Positions 37,880 through 51,172 of a stretch of DNA of 64,000 nt are shown here, piece after piece. The notes below the pieces were generated by a model, which was not told the origin of the DNA, did no database searches, and saw only the letters and a program-made list of their open reading frames with translations. How positions within the stretch are numbered: position 1 is the stretch's first letter; the number at the start of each line of letters is the position of its first letter. The stretch comes from Guillardia theta CCMP2712 (taxonomy: Eukaryota > Protista > Cryptophyta), in NCBI RefSeq assembly GCF_000315625.1, contig NW_005434586.1, positions 119,109 through 183,108 of the forward strand. Direction: 5' to 3'. The translations under genes and the position numbers were made by a program.

Positions 37880-40800
37880 ATGCGGGTGAACAATGAGACG
37901 GGGTTGTAAAGGAAGGTGGTAAGGTGTCAGACTCTGATGTATGAAGAAGAAATATTCATGCGGGATGAATGGAAATGGAAGATGAGGAGGAGACTTCTTC
38001 ATGATGAGCCATAAGACGAATGGATGGATGGGTGAACAAGATTTGCGGAGAGACTGAACGGATTTTTGATGATGACCATCACACCAAGGACCTGTAATCC
38101 GTGATCTTGCTAGCCAACACAAAATGGAAGGTGATAAGAAGGAGGGAGGAGAGATTACTCTCGAGGCCTCCATTGCCATGCGGGCGGAATGCGGTTGGAG
38201 AAAAGCACTCAAACTTCCTGATGATCCTCCTTGGAAATTTTCTGAGGATGTCAAAAAGCTTCCAGGTGACAACATACTTGGTTTCCATGCTCAACGAATC
38301 ATTATAGTAGAATTGCGATTTGTTGACACGAATATCTTTCTTTCAACAGAAACGGCCAAGCAAGGGATATTCAAACGACCCCTAATACATCCACCCCCAT
38401 GTCATATCCAGACTACTCCAAGCTGCAAGGAGATTGCAGAGCAGGTGTGTGATGTTTGACTATCTGACTACAATGTTGAATCTGCTGCAGGAACCTGGTG
38501 CCTCTGAAATCAAGAAAAGGCTCGAAGATCGTTTCAAGGATGAGAGCGGATATCGAGATGGAGAGGAAACGACGCTTGTTTACACTGTTCCTTTTCTCTG
38601 ATTCAAGACCCACAGGTCGTGTTCGATGACACTTCCACCTTTGTCTGGCCCCCAGAAAGCAACTCAAGGTGAAGGAGATTGAAATGAAACGTGGCTATGA
38701 CAGTGACATGGACATATCTCAAAGATCTCGATCGGCGCAAGAGGAGAGGGTTCCACCACCCTTGTTCTTCGAATCTAGATTTGAAGGAGGGAATCTTAGG
38801 AAAGCTGTTAGGGTAGGTCTTGTCACAAAACTTTTCAAAGACGTGAATGATGTCAAAGGTTGGAACAAGAGAATACGATCTCATTTTGAGACCGGACAAG
38901 GACTCCGGACACGTTCAATGGTATTTTCGATTCCTAAGAGCATGGAAAGGATTGATGGCGTTTGTAAGGTATTATTTCATGGTGGCGAACGTTCGAAAAA
39001 ATGTTTCATACGTCATCAATATTGTAAATTTTGTTAAAAACAAAAGTCTGTACAATCAAGGGCTGAAACCTCTGCTATACTCCACAAAAGGTAAGATTCA
39101 ACAATACCATCTGATTTATGCCCCGTTTTGAGTGTTTTCTTGAAAAGATGCAGATAGGAAGAAAATTGGATGGAAACGAGCAGGTTTGTGCTACACTGCG
39201 CACATGAGAATGTTCTCAATGTTTTCATAGGATCTCGCTGCGTTTACTACTCGCGTGGGAATAGATATACGTTGACGTTCACCATCGAGTTTGATCATGA
39301 TCGTGGTATGTGGTTTAAGTAATCTGAAAAGCAGCTGATTCGATCACCAGATGTATGCTTCCTCGCGCATTGTTATCCCTACGTCTACACCGACTTGCAG
39401 CTGTTTTTGAGCTCTTTGGAGAATGGTACACATCCGCAGGCTTCGTTCACAGCACCTGATGGCCTGCAGATGTCTCGAGGAAGAAGACCGTCTTGCGTAA
39501 GGAGCTGTGTAGATCATTAGCCGGTGCGAGTTGATGCAAAAAAGTAGACGCACAGTTGAATTTCAGCGACAGGCAATCAAGTAGACCTCTTAATCATATC
39601 AGATGATCCACAAAACTGGCAAAAGAACTCAAAGCAGAGCATTTTCTTGACAGCTCGAGTACATCCGGGTGAAACACAGGTGTTCTAGATCGATTCCGTC
39701 TCGTGCGGTAGACTCAAGCATGGCATAGGCAAGCTGGGCTATGCAGGGTTGCATTGAATTTCTCACCTCAAATTCGCCCGAAGCGCTTTTCCTCCGACAG
39801 AAGTAAGACTTGAAATCTCAAATCAATTTTTCGCTCATCTCACGTTGATTCAATAGGTATAATTTCTTCGTCGTGCCTATGTTGAATCCTGATGGAGTCA
39901 TAAACGGACACTATCGATGCTCTCTCGCAGGGCAGGATCTCAACAGGTATTCTATTGCAACACGCTGTATAGAGAGTTTGACTGGGATTGTAGAATATGG
40001 CAAAATCCTGATTTCACAAGGCATCCCTGTATATGGCACACAAAGAATCTGATGAAAAATGTAAATCGACAGCTGATTGGTCCCAGATTCAAAATTTGAC
40101 ATGTATTGGACAGTTATTATCAAAGAAACTCATCTTTTTTTGCGATTTCCATGGTCATTCCACCAAGAAGAATGCATTCATGTATTGATATAGGTTGACA
40201 AGATGTATTTGAATTCATTATCTGTGCAGGTACGGATGTGATCCAAACGCATGTTTCCCCGGAAAAGTTCCTGTTCATCAGTGGAAGAATCCAAATTCTC
40301 CCTGCAATTTCCCCATGATCATGAACGAAATTTCGACTGCATTTTCATTTCAAGACTGTGACTTCAGAATGCATAAAAGCAAGCTGACGACAGGGAGGGT
40401 TGTAGTCTACAGGTGAACAAATTGATCTGTTGGAAACTGTTGAGCATTCAAAATCATGACCTTGTGGTGTCAACAGGGAATTCGGAATAACACAGAGCTA
40501 CACCTTTGAAGTGTCGTTCTTGGGTCACAAGATCAGTGACAACATGGTTCACTTCAACATCACAGACCTGCTTCAGCTCGGTCAACACTTCGGGCTTGCA
40601 TTCATGAAATTGCTCTGCTCTTGTGAAAGCGGTTAGAATCGATTGGAAACTCTTACGCATTAATCTCTTCTGCAGGAAACAAAGTAGAAGCTTGCCACGA
40701 ATTATCGAAGTCTCTGAATTTCCAGAGTTACAGCGTGCAATACCGAAGCTCGGATGCATGCGTTGCAGCACAAGTAGACACTTATGAATCAGAAAACGAA

Positions 40801-42215
40801 AAGGACAATGACGAGGACAAAGACAAGGATGAAGCTGCTGATGTTGAAAACAAAGTGCAGGACACGTACATATACAGGGGTTTGATCAAAGAAGGAAAAG
40901 ATGAAGCATCTGATTCAGAGAAAGAACAGAAGGTGATGAATCAAGTGCCTTTCGCTCAACTGAGATTTGTTGCACAATAGGAAACGGACATTTTGGCAGA
41001 GAATCCGATTTTGAGCTCTGTTGATAGGGAGGCAGAGAGCTACGACTCTAGCAAGGGTGAAGAAGAGACGTCCACAGTTTGTAGCAAGGTGTGAAATACG
41101 TCTCCGTGTCTGGCTGAATCTGAAACGCAAATTTGCAGGACACCAGTGACGGCACCGAAAACGATAGGGAGTTTTTGAATTCAGAAGGTGCTTCGCCTGG
41201 AAATCTGTGGGATCTTGCTAACAAATTCCGATCAGGGTCTGATGCTGCTGTCACGACCTTGTCAGAGAAAGACATACAAGAGGCGCCTGAGAGTGAAAAG
41301 ACCGAAGAGGAGCCGGAACAGGCCCCTTACGAGTTGCAAGAGAGCACCAAGAAGCTCGCCACGCTGTGCGCGTCAATAGAGAGTAATAGCGGATCGATGA
41401 GCTACAACGCTGGCAGCTTTCGCACAGACAGTCCCATCAGCACAGAAAAGCTCAATACCTGTCCGCCGACAAAGACTTACAATGTGTTGAATGGCCTGTC
41501 TCAGTATCACAGCCCGGATGAGATGGCAAATAGCCGTGAGCGACGATTCTTGTACAACAAGTCGCTGTGGAATTCGCATCGAAACTCGAACAAGATCCTT
41601 GAAGGCCCGAGCATCCGGAATCTGATAAGGCAGAAGATTGACGATTCCTTGCTGGAGAACAACCCTCTGCTGGAGGACAACTTCTACCCGCACTCGAGCA
41701 CCCCCGACAGCATGAAGTACAACAATCAGTTCAGAGGCGCGAAGAAGCCGATGACGAGTCGTGAGGAGGAAAGGAGCAGCAGGGGACACTACCTGCCGTC
41801 CGTGGGCCCTTTGAGGAACCCCTCCATGAAAGAGAGCAGCGCGAGCCCCGCCCAAGAGGACAGGGAGAAGAACCTCTTCGAGAGGATCATCGCTGACCTG
41901 CCCTCCCCTGTCCTCACGAGGACCGCGTCTAAGGGGCAGGACAGCCCGATCCAAGCTCGGCTCGAGCAGTCGGAAAAGTTCAGGAACATGGAGAAACTTG
42001 AGAAGACTCTGTTCCCTGGTCATTCCCCAGCTCGAAACATCCGCGGGGAGGCAGCAGTGCTGCGGATGATTCGCTCCAGGAATAGCCTTCTTGGTCCCTT
42101 GCAGGACGGGGAGGAAGGCAGCAGGTTCAGCAAGTCAAGGTTCTTGCCCAAGTACTCTTTGCAGACTGGGATGCTCGTCAGAGTGCCATCTCTTGAGGGA
42201 GATGGACTTTTGTGA
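37880..42215 (+). CDS. Cytosolic carboxypeptidase (CCP/AGBL/Nna1, M14 family; tubulin deglutamylase), CCP2/3-like; start uncertain
   Basis: [65 protein letters not shown] and SYTFEVSF across many short introns. Confidence 0.9.
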
Positions 42216-42487
42216 CTGTAAATTTACATTTTCCCTTTTTTGAAGTTGAATGACAAATCTAAAAAGATAATCTCCTAAACTCGAACAAGCTAAAGAGAAA
42301 TCGGATTGGATTGTTGAACAAGTAAATCTGATCAATTCTTTGCATGCCTCGCTTCTTCTTCTGTTTCTGGATCTGATTGCTTATCCTATTCGTCATTTCA
42401 TGAACAAGTCATAACATATCAGTGTATGATCTCGAGACAGGGAAAATACCAAGTTTGACCATTGTATTGGGCGTGTTAAGAAGCAAT

Positions 42488-45043
42488 CTACGACTTTCCT
42501 GCAGCTTTCATGATGTCTGCAAGCGCAGACTTGATTTTCCCTCCTTCCTTCATCGCACTCATGTGCTTTGCAACACACGGGCACGATGCCATCTGCGTCA
42601 ACTGACCCTGACGTGCGCAAGCACACCCCGTCTCCTGCTCACAGCGTCAGCGGATTCACTTTTCGCTCCACCTGCGCACAACCTGAGCGGCGCGGATGGC
42701 AGCCTGAAGGTAAGCATGGTACTGCTCGGGAGTGTATGCTGTGACAGCATGGGGGACGGAGGAAGAGACTTTCTGATTCATCTGTTCTGGAAGTATGACA
42801 GCCTGGCCCTCCATCCCTGTCGGGCCTTGTTGCCCATCCAACCCTGTGCTGCCGTATCATCCCTTGCTTACTGTCATCGTTCTTCACTCACCGTCTTTCC
42901 CTGGTCGCCCGGGAGGACCGGGGGGTCCAGGAAGTCCAGGAGCGCCAGGAACACCGGGCTGGAGGAAGAGGAAGAGCAGAAGAGCACGCGAAGCAAACGA
43001 TGGGGAGGAGGAGAATATTATCAGCTTCCAGCATAGAAACTCCACACTCTACCTCTCCATTCTCTCCGACGGGTCCTGGCAAACCGGCAGGCCCAGGAGG
43101 CCCCAAGTAACCTGACAACCGTTGAGACCCTCATACCGTCCTCCTCCCTTTCTTCACCTTCTGGTCCTGGTTGTCCCACTTTGCCACGAGGCCCGGGTGG
43201 CCCCGGCCTTCCTGGCAGGCCGCGGGGCCCCGGAGGTCCATCGATACCATTGATACCATCCTAGAACGAGTCAGCTATTATCCCTCCCTCCCTCCTCCTC
43301 TCCACCTTGCCAGCTGGCCCTGGGGGTCCTGGTAGACCGGGAGCTCCATCCTCCCCAGGTTTGCCCGGATCCCCCGGCTTTCCCTGTTCACCCTGCGGTC
43401 CTTCATCTCCTGCGATGCCCGGGAGGCCTGGAGGACCAGGAGGGCCAGATTTTCCTAGTGGATAGGTGAGCAGCTAGATGAGCAGCGAGGACGCTGCCTA
43501 CCTGGCACTCCACTTGCCCCTGACAGCCCACGAGGTCCTTTCACGCCTGCGAGACGAGGGTAAGCGATGGTGATGATGACGGAAACGCGACAAGCAACCA
43601 TGAGGGCCTGGAGAACCAGGATCGCCGTCCTTTCCTGCAGGGTTGCACAGCAGTTTTAACAAACAGCATGGATTCGGGTCTGACCAGATCTACCTGGAAC
43701 GCCGTTTTCACCTTGAGCACCCGGCTTTCCTTGCAAGCCCATCGGGCCCGGTAGCCCAGGGACACCCTGAAATGACGTCAAGTTGAATTAGGAGGAGGCA
43801 ACGAGAAAGCTTTTACCCTCTCTCCTCTTGGCCCGCCGTCTCCCGGGGGTCCTGAACGGCTCACTGTAAGAATCAAGGAGATGGAGAGGGAGAGGGGGGA
43901 GATGGAGAGAGGGAGGGGGGGAAGGGAGGGAGCTATCGCTTGCCTGGAGATGTTTCCACAAGGTTCACTTTCCTCTGGAGATTATCTTGGTCACTGCGGC
44001 AGCGTTTCGATTCAGCGCGAGGAGTACAAGGTGAGATCCGAAGCGTCTGACCTGTTGAGACGCTCCAGCCCCTGCTTCATCCCAGCGATCCGCTCCTTGA
44101 GCCGAAGGTAGTTGGAAAGATCGAGAGAGTTTCCGTTGCCAGACTCAAGTCGTTGGATCTTCTGCTCCATGAGGTCGATCTTCCTTCGCACCTGCAATGC
44201 ACTTATGAGTGAGAAGACCAAGACGCCAGGAGCGGTTCACACCTCTGACAGTCGCTGGCGGTACCTTGACTTCACTTGTGAGAACTGATCCTCCCATCCC
44301 TCCTTGGCGTCTTCCAGCCTCTCTCTTGCGTGCTCTCTCATCGCCAGGAGCCTCTTGTTGATGTCCGCCTCGGTGTAGACGTCTTCAGCGTCAGGCAACT
44401 TCTGGCAAGGACTGACAGGATCTCCGGTCGGCACGCAAGGACTTTCTCTCGCGAGCTTCTGATCGGCAGGAGGAAAGATCAACTTGGCATTTACTTGCAC
44501 GGGGTTGACTGAGGTGGAAGGAGGAGGAGGCGTGCAGTGCGGCGGTGTGCATGGTTTCCTCTCAGAGGCAACGATGCCGACAGCCTTTGCTGCTGCCTCC
44601 TTCTCGCTATTTGCATTCACGACAAACGAGTTCCCGTTGCGTCCGACCTGGGTAGGAGGCGGATGAGTCTCACGGTACTCCTCAATCGCGATCTTGGCAG
44701 CATCCTGCTCGTTATCGGCGTTAACCGTGTAGAACGCGCGGCCCTTGCCCTCCTCCGTTCGCCTTGCGAAAGGAGCAGCTCGAGCGATATGAGCGCCCAC
44801 AAGGACATGAGCTGCCTCAGCGGCTGCCTGTTCCTTACTTGGCGCTTGAATCTGTAGAAACAAGGTCATCATATACGTAAAACGCCAAAGAGCTCGAAAG
44901 ATCACCATGAAAGTTTGCGGCTGTTCTAGAACGTCCTCGAGCTCCACCTTTGGATTGGAGGCTTGCCCATACATAGAAACGACGATACAGACCGCCAAGA
45001 GGGAGGAGACGACTAGAAACGCTGTTTTCCTTGAAGACATCAT
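42488..45043 (-). CDS. Type II membrane-anchored (or secreted) collagen-like protein: hydrophobic N-terminal segment, coiled coil, Gly-X-Y repeats
   Basis: N-terminal [20 protein letters not shown]. Gly-X-Y exons at ~42800-43850, e.g. [34 protein letters not shown]. Last exon ...[12 protein letters not shown]. Confidence 0.8.
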
Positions 45044-45691
45044 CTCGTATCTTCGCAAGTAGCGAACAGGACGTCTATAACAACCCCGTTACCTCGCTCT
45101 CTCACGAGAAGATGGCCAGACCTTCAGGCGAGCAATGGAAACGACAGGGCTGCTTCCTCTGTCTTCTATCCCCTCCTCTGACTCTCTGGCTCTTCCTGCT
45201 CCGCTCTCCCTCCTGCTGCCCTCACCCCAGCATGGCGGCTCTTCGCCCAACAACGGAGTGTAACGTGCTTCAACGGATAAGTAACGAATTGAGCGACTCA
45301 TGAAACGTAGAGCAACGGCTATGCCACAAACCATTTTTAAAATGAGCTTTTAAACATTTTTGTACTGGTATTTACACAATGGTTCAAAGTGTACTGAAAA
45401 TTCTACGGTATGAAACTGTATTAATGTAAATACTTTTCCAATGTACTGATTCATTTAATATATAAATTTTAAATTTGTAGGCGATTTATAAATTGTTGTA
45501 TCTTTGTCGTCATGGCCGAGCAAGAGGCGCCGGAGGGGTGAGGGGCGAGGTGGACAAGGAGAGGAGAAGGAGAAGGAGGAGGAGGAGGGAGAGAGGCGGG
45601 AAGATAGCGACAAGCTATCGGACGAACTGATCATGGTGACGATCGAAGCTGAACGACTGTTGTCGAAGGTGAGCCAGCGAGTAGCTTGAGA

Positions 45692-48600
45692 ATGGACGCG
45701 CTGTTGCGGGGGTTGGGGAGACGGCAGGGTGCGATCGATGGGGGAGGAGATCGCAGACCGACTGAGAATGTCTGGAGAGCTAACTTGAGGACTACTAAGT
45801 TCGGCGATCTTGTCGTGGAATGGAACAATGCGGACCCTACCTCCATTCAGCGGGCGAAGGAGCGGGTACTTTCACATATCCTAACATTCGAGCTATCCGT
45901 GGATGGAGGCGAAACAGAAAGACAAGCTGCAGAGAAAGACGAAGATACGATGGAGTTGTCTGACTCACTCGACATTCTGTTGCCTGATGTCTTCCACATT
46001 GATCTTGAACGGTTGCAGTCCAATGAGAAACTGCAGGCAAACTCCTTTCCCTTCCCTTTCAACCTCCTGAGCAACCTCAAGTCTGTCAAGTTCCTGAGCG
46101 AGGAGATGATCGATGAGACCATACTAGAAGCATTCTCGCGCGTATGCCTGGATGTTTTGGATCTCTCTGGACAACGGCTAAAGCAGGTCGGCGTCGACGA
46201 CATGCTAGTGAACGGGTTCAAGAACTTGACGAGGGTTCGACTGAGACGGAACAACCTCACACAACTGCCAGTCAGCGCGATTTGTAACCTTCCACTATTG
46301 ACGGAGCTCGATGTGAGCGAGAATCGGCTCACTGAAGCTCCCTCCAACCTCCTCCAGCTCTTGCCCAGGCTTGAGATCCTCAACCTGGAGAGCAACAAGT
46401 ATTGGAGTGACTGTTGTGATCTTCCTTGCTCTGACAGCCTCCCTTTGCAGGCTAACGGTCCCATCTTTTGATTTCCGTGACGCTGTCCTGCGGTCTCTCC
46501 TGCTGGGGATCAACAATCTAGAGTATCTCCCCACCCTCGCTCCTCTGTCCTGCTTGGTCGAGTTGTCCCTTTGCACCATTCGAGTTTCCCAAAAGGACGC
46601 GAGGAGACCAGGTGAGATGTCAGACTGCTGCTCTTTCCGATGATCTCTACTTTCCATGTCTTCTTCTTTGCTATCCTCTCCATCTGCGATCCCTCTTTCC
46701 TGTCTTTCCTCTGCCCTTTGATCCTTCAATTCTGATCGGTTACTCCATATACTCAACGGCATCGTCAATCTTGTTGTGGACCCTTGACGCCCAACAGCTC
46801 GAGAGACCTTCGATACGTTGAGTATCACAGCTGAGGTCGTGCTGAAGGGAACAACATGGACGTCCATCCTGCCATGGAGCCAGGTTCCACCTCCAACTCC
46901 TGCCACCCCCCACAACCACAACCACTCCTCGTCCACCACCATGAACACTGCCTTTCCCAATCTATAAAGAGCTTCTGAATCTTAATTCAAGGAGGCTGAG
47001 AAGCAGATCAAGTCAGCTCTCCTTCTGCTCCTACGATCCAGCGCGAGCTTCCATCCTCTCCTCTCCTCCTTCCTTGCGCTTCTGGCCAACGATGAGAAGG
47101 TCTACACTCCGGCCTTCAATTCTTCTTCTTTGTTGACAGAGAGACTCCAGTATCGTTGTTTGCTCGCTCAGAGAGTAGCTGGAGCTGGAACAACAAGGGG
47201 GGGAGGTCTCAAGAACATCATCGCCATGTGTCAAGCGCCAGAACCGGTTTTTCCCACTTTCCTGTCACCTTCTGCTCTCTACTTCCTCCTTGCACTTCCC
47301 CTTCCGTCCTACTCTTGATGCCTCTGGTCTTTGAACTGATGAGACGCATCCTTCAGGTCTGTCTCGACGCTCTCGTCGCCATCGCTCGCTTCGGAGATAA
47401 ACGGGAGGATCTCGCGCAGGAGCTCATCGAGCTCGGAACCATCAATCACTTGCTTGAGTTCGTCCAACCATCGGGCTCGAGCATGTGTCTGTATGCCCTT
47501 CAAGCTCTTCGCTCACTTGCAGCCGTCGGAGATGCTACTTCCCAGCAAATCCTGCTTGGCTCGCATTCGAGGAAAGACCAATATTCTTTCTTCATGAGGA
47601 CTGTGACTGCCCTGCTCACATCCTCCTCTTCTTCTCCCTCTGCCATCCGCCCTCCACCGCTCTCTGTTGCTGGTTCATCAGGAAACGCTGAGAACGAGAA
47701 GAGTGAGATGATAGAAATCTGTAAGGCATGCGCGCTGCTGCTTGTCGGCGACCTGGCGTTCTCAGAGCGATGCAGAGGAAGGCTTTTGCAGGACGACGTC
47801 TTGCTCCAACACCTCAGAATGCTTGCAGAGGAGGACGAAGACGAGGACGAGGACGAGGACGAGGACGAAGGGGACAATCAGGAGGGGGGAAGGAAAAGCC
47901 TTGCAACGCATGTCGCAGCACATGGCAGGGCTGAATGCACTACTGGGGTCGAAGGAGAGAAACTGGGCTGGTGGGAGAAGTGGAGCGTGAGAGGAGGAGC
48001 ACGACGGGCGCTTGCCATTCTCGGGCAGATTGACGTGCTAAGGGCAGCACAGAAGCTGAGCATGGTACACCAGAGAGGAGTTCGTATCCTTGCCATCGAC
48101 GGGGGAGGAGTGAAAGGGATCGCTGCGATCCGCCTTCTCGCTGAGATCGAGGCTCGCTGCCAGTCTCCTCTCTACAAGTTGTTCGACTTGGTAGCAGGGA
48201 CTAGCGCGGGAGGGATCATCGCAGCCGCTGTGAGCAACAAGTTCAGTATGGTCGAGTGCGAGAAGCTCTACAACAACTTCGTTCGCAAGGCTTTCTCGGT
48301 GGTGATGGAGGGTCAGGCCAGCAGCCCGATGGGCGAGGAGGAGGGCAGCGAACCAGGAGCCTCCTCCTTCTCTGCAGCAGCCGCTTCCTCGTCATGGTGG
48401 CAGAAACTCATGCAGTCCGGCTCCTCTTTCAAGAGATTCGTGGTGACCGGGGCCAAGTACGATTCTACCCCCTTCATGCAGGGCCTGCGGGAGGGGTTTG
48501 GCGAGGTAGCAGATCAAAGCATGATCACCTCCTCCATCATGCCCGAGGTCCCATGCACAGCCATCGTCTCCTCGCAGTGCTCCGTCCGCCCCCTCCGCCC

Positions 48601-51169
48601 CTTCGTCTTCCGCTCCTACCAGCACCCTCCTGGCGTCAGGGCTAGGTTTGCCGGTAAGTGCCAGCACACTTGGCTGGAGGCGATGCGGGCAACGTCGGCT
48701 GCTCCTCTCTTCTTCGAGGAGTTCTCGTGTGGGGGGGAGAGGTTCCAGGACGGAGCTGTCTGCTCCAACAATCCCAGCGTGGTGGCGCTGAGCGAGGCGC
48801 AGAGGATATGGCCTGGGAGGAGGATCGACACAGTGATCTCGGTGGGGACGGGTTTGGCGCCTACGGAGAGGAGGGAGCTGAAGCGTTCAGGAGGGCTAGG
48901 GCTGATCGATACCTTCGGAGAGTTCATGGTGGAAGCGGCGATCAGCACTGAGAGAGTGGCAGAAGCAATGGAGACTTTCGCTCCCTTGCTCCCTCAGACC
49001 TCATTCTTCCGCCTGCAGGTGGAAGACAAGAGTTGCTCGGTGGACATCGACGATACCTCGGCCGAAGTTCGGCAGGGCATCTGCGCCGCAGTGGAAGAGT
49101 ATGTCAGGAGGAACGAGTCTGTGTTCCAAGACATTTGCAAAGTTCTACAGAGCGATCCTCCCTTTCCTTCGCCTGTACCTCCTCTCGGTGGTGATGATAA
49201 CCCTACTGCTCCTCTCCCTCCTCCTACCGTGGGTGCCGGGGGAAGAAGCAAAGTTGGGCTCGGAGCGAAGATCAAGGTTGTCCTGATCGACTGCCAGACA
49301 AGTAAGCAGGAGGACAGGCTGCTGCAGCTGCTTCAGAGCTTGCAGTCGCTGGACATGCAGGTGGAATACCGGGGGCTTTCTTCCCTGGCAGATGATTCTT
49401 CTTCTTCCAACGACCTCCTCTCCTCCTCTTCTTGCTCCTCCTCCCACAACGCTCCTCCCTGCGTTCTGCACTTTGCTTGCAAGGTAAGAGAGCTCGATCC
49501 ATATATGAAGGGGAGGAGAGACAGCACAAGGAGAAGAGTGAGAATTCAAAGATCCAGGAGGAATGAAGGGAGAAGAAGGAGACAGAGGATGGGGGATTGA
49601 GGATGGGGAGGATGAGGGTGGGGGAGGGTGGCAAGAGGAGGAGCTGAGAGTTCACGACAGATGTCAGAGCACACAGGAAGTCTCCTGCACGGGAAGGAGA
49701 AGAGGCCGGTGGTGATTCCTCTTGATCAGATGCAGTCACTCCTGCAAGGTCAGAGAGGGCCCAGGGCGGGAGCAGCTTGCTCACGATCTACTGCAGGTGT
49801 CTTCCAAGGCGAAGACAAGAGCAGGTCCAAGGTCCAGCCTATCACTCCTCCCCTCCCTCCTCTCTCCTCCGAGGATTCCTCTCTCCCTCCCTCCCGAGCT
49901 TGCAAGTCCCTGCCCACGAGCCCCTCGTGCGACAGCGGCAGGCTTGCATCCTTCTTCCCCTCGCAGAGGAGTAGAGGTTGGAGTAGGAACGGTCACTCCA
50001 CTCCTTCCTCGCGCCTCGATCAAGCGGCCAAGGAGCGCATCCTGCACCACGTCACCTCCAAGCGGTGAGAGAGGAGGGAACAGGTTGCGTGTTGGGATTT
50101 CGTGATGCAAGAGGAGGATTGGGAAGCTGAAAAAGTTATGAGGGGAATGAGGACGAGAATGAAGAAGTTGAGAGCGAGGAGGACGTGAGAGAAAGGAGGA
50201 GGAGGAGGAGGAGGAGGAGGAGGAGGTGAGCATTTGTCGCAGTTTGATCAAGGTCTCGGACGTGGAGGAATGGGAGTATCGTGGGCATCACGTGCAACAT
50301 CTTGCAGGGGAGGAAGTCACTGTTGTTTTCTTCGAGCAGGTAAAACATCTGATGTTCCTCCCTCCCTCCCTCTCTCCCTCCCTCCCTCCCTCCCTCCTTC
50401 CCTCTCTCCCTTCCTTTTCCTTCTTCCTCCTGCCTCCTCTTTCTTTTTAGGTCCTCCTCCCTCCCTCCTGCCTCCTCTTCCTTTTCTCCTCACTTTCTCA
50501 TAAGAACGTCTTCCTCCACGAGACGCACTGGGACTGCCTTTCCCCCCCTTCTTGGCAGCTGCCGCCCCTCGCCGACGACAGCATGCGCGAGCATCCGAGA
50601 ACAGAGGAGGAGAACTCTTGTCCTCCTCCTCCTTCCTCCCTCCCCTCCCAGCTGCTCGAGGGGAAGATATTCGTCTGCTCTTCCTATCTTTCCGAGCAGG
50701 TAGCGCAGACCCTCATGAAGACTGGCAAACCAGAATGTCTTGTAATGCCGAGGAGGAGAGAAGGGGATGAGAAAGAATCGGCTGGGAGGATGGGCAGAGC
50801 ATTTGAGCTGGTGAGCAAGAGAATTTTTCCTCCTTCTTCCCTTCTCCCCGTCTCCCTTCCTGCACCTCACTCTCCATCTACCTGCTTCACCAGCTTCATT
50901 GTCATGCTCACATGCTCTCCCCCTCTCTGCTCCTGACGTGTTTGCAGTTCTACGAGGAGCTCGCAACAGGGAAAAGCGCTGCCATGGCAGTTGCGAGTGT
51001 TAATCTTCAGTTGAGGAGGAGGACGCGAAGGAAGAGGAAGGGGAAAGGAAGAGAGAGGAGGGAGGAGGAGCACGACGGAGAGGAGGGTGGGGAAGGAGGA
51101 CAGGGGCAGGAGCAGGAGCAGCAGGAAGAGGAAGATTCAGCGATCCTGAAGTGTTTGTTTCCTTCTTGA
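45692..51169 (+). CDS. Patatin-like phospholipase with N-terminal LRR and ARM-like repeats (plant PLA-I architecture); start approximate
   Basis: LRRs LTELDVSENRLTEAP and an ARM-like helical region. Patatin motifs ILAIDGGGVKG, GTSAG, ATSAAP and FQDGAVCSNNP. Confidence 0.88.
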
Positions 51170-51172
51170 GCT

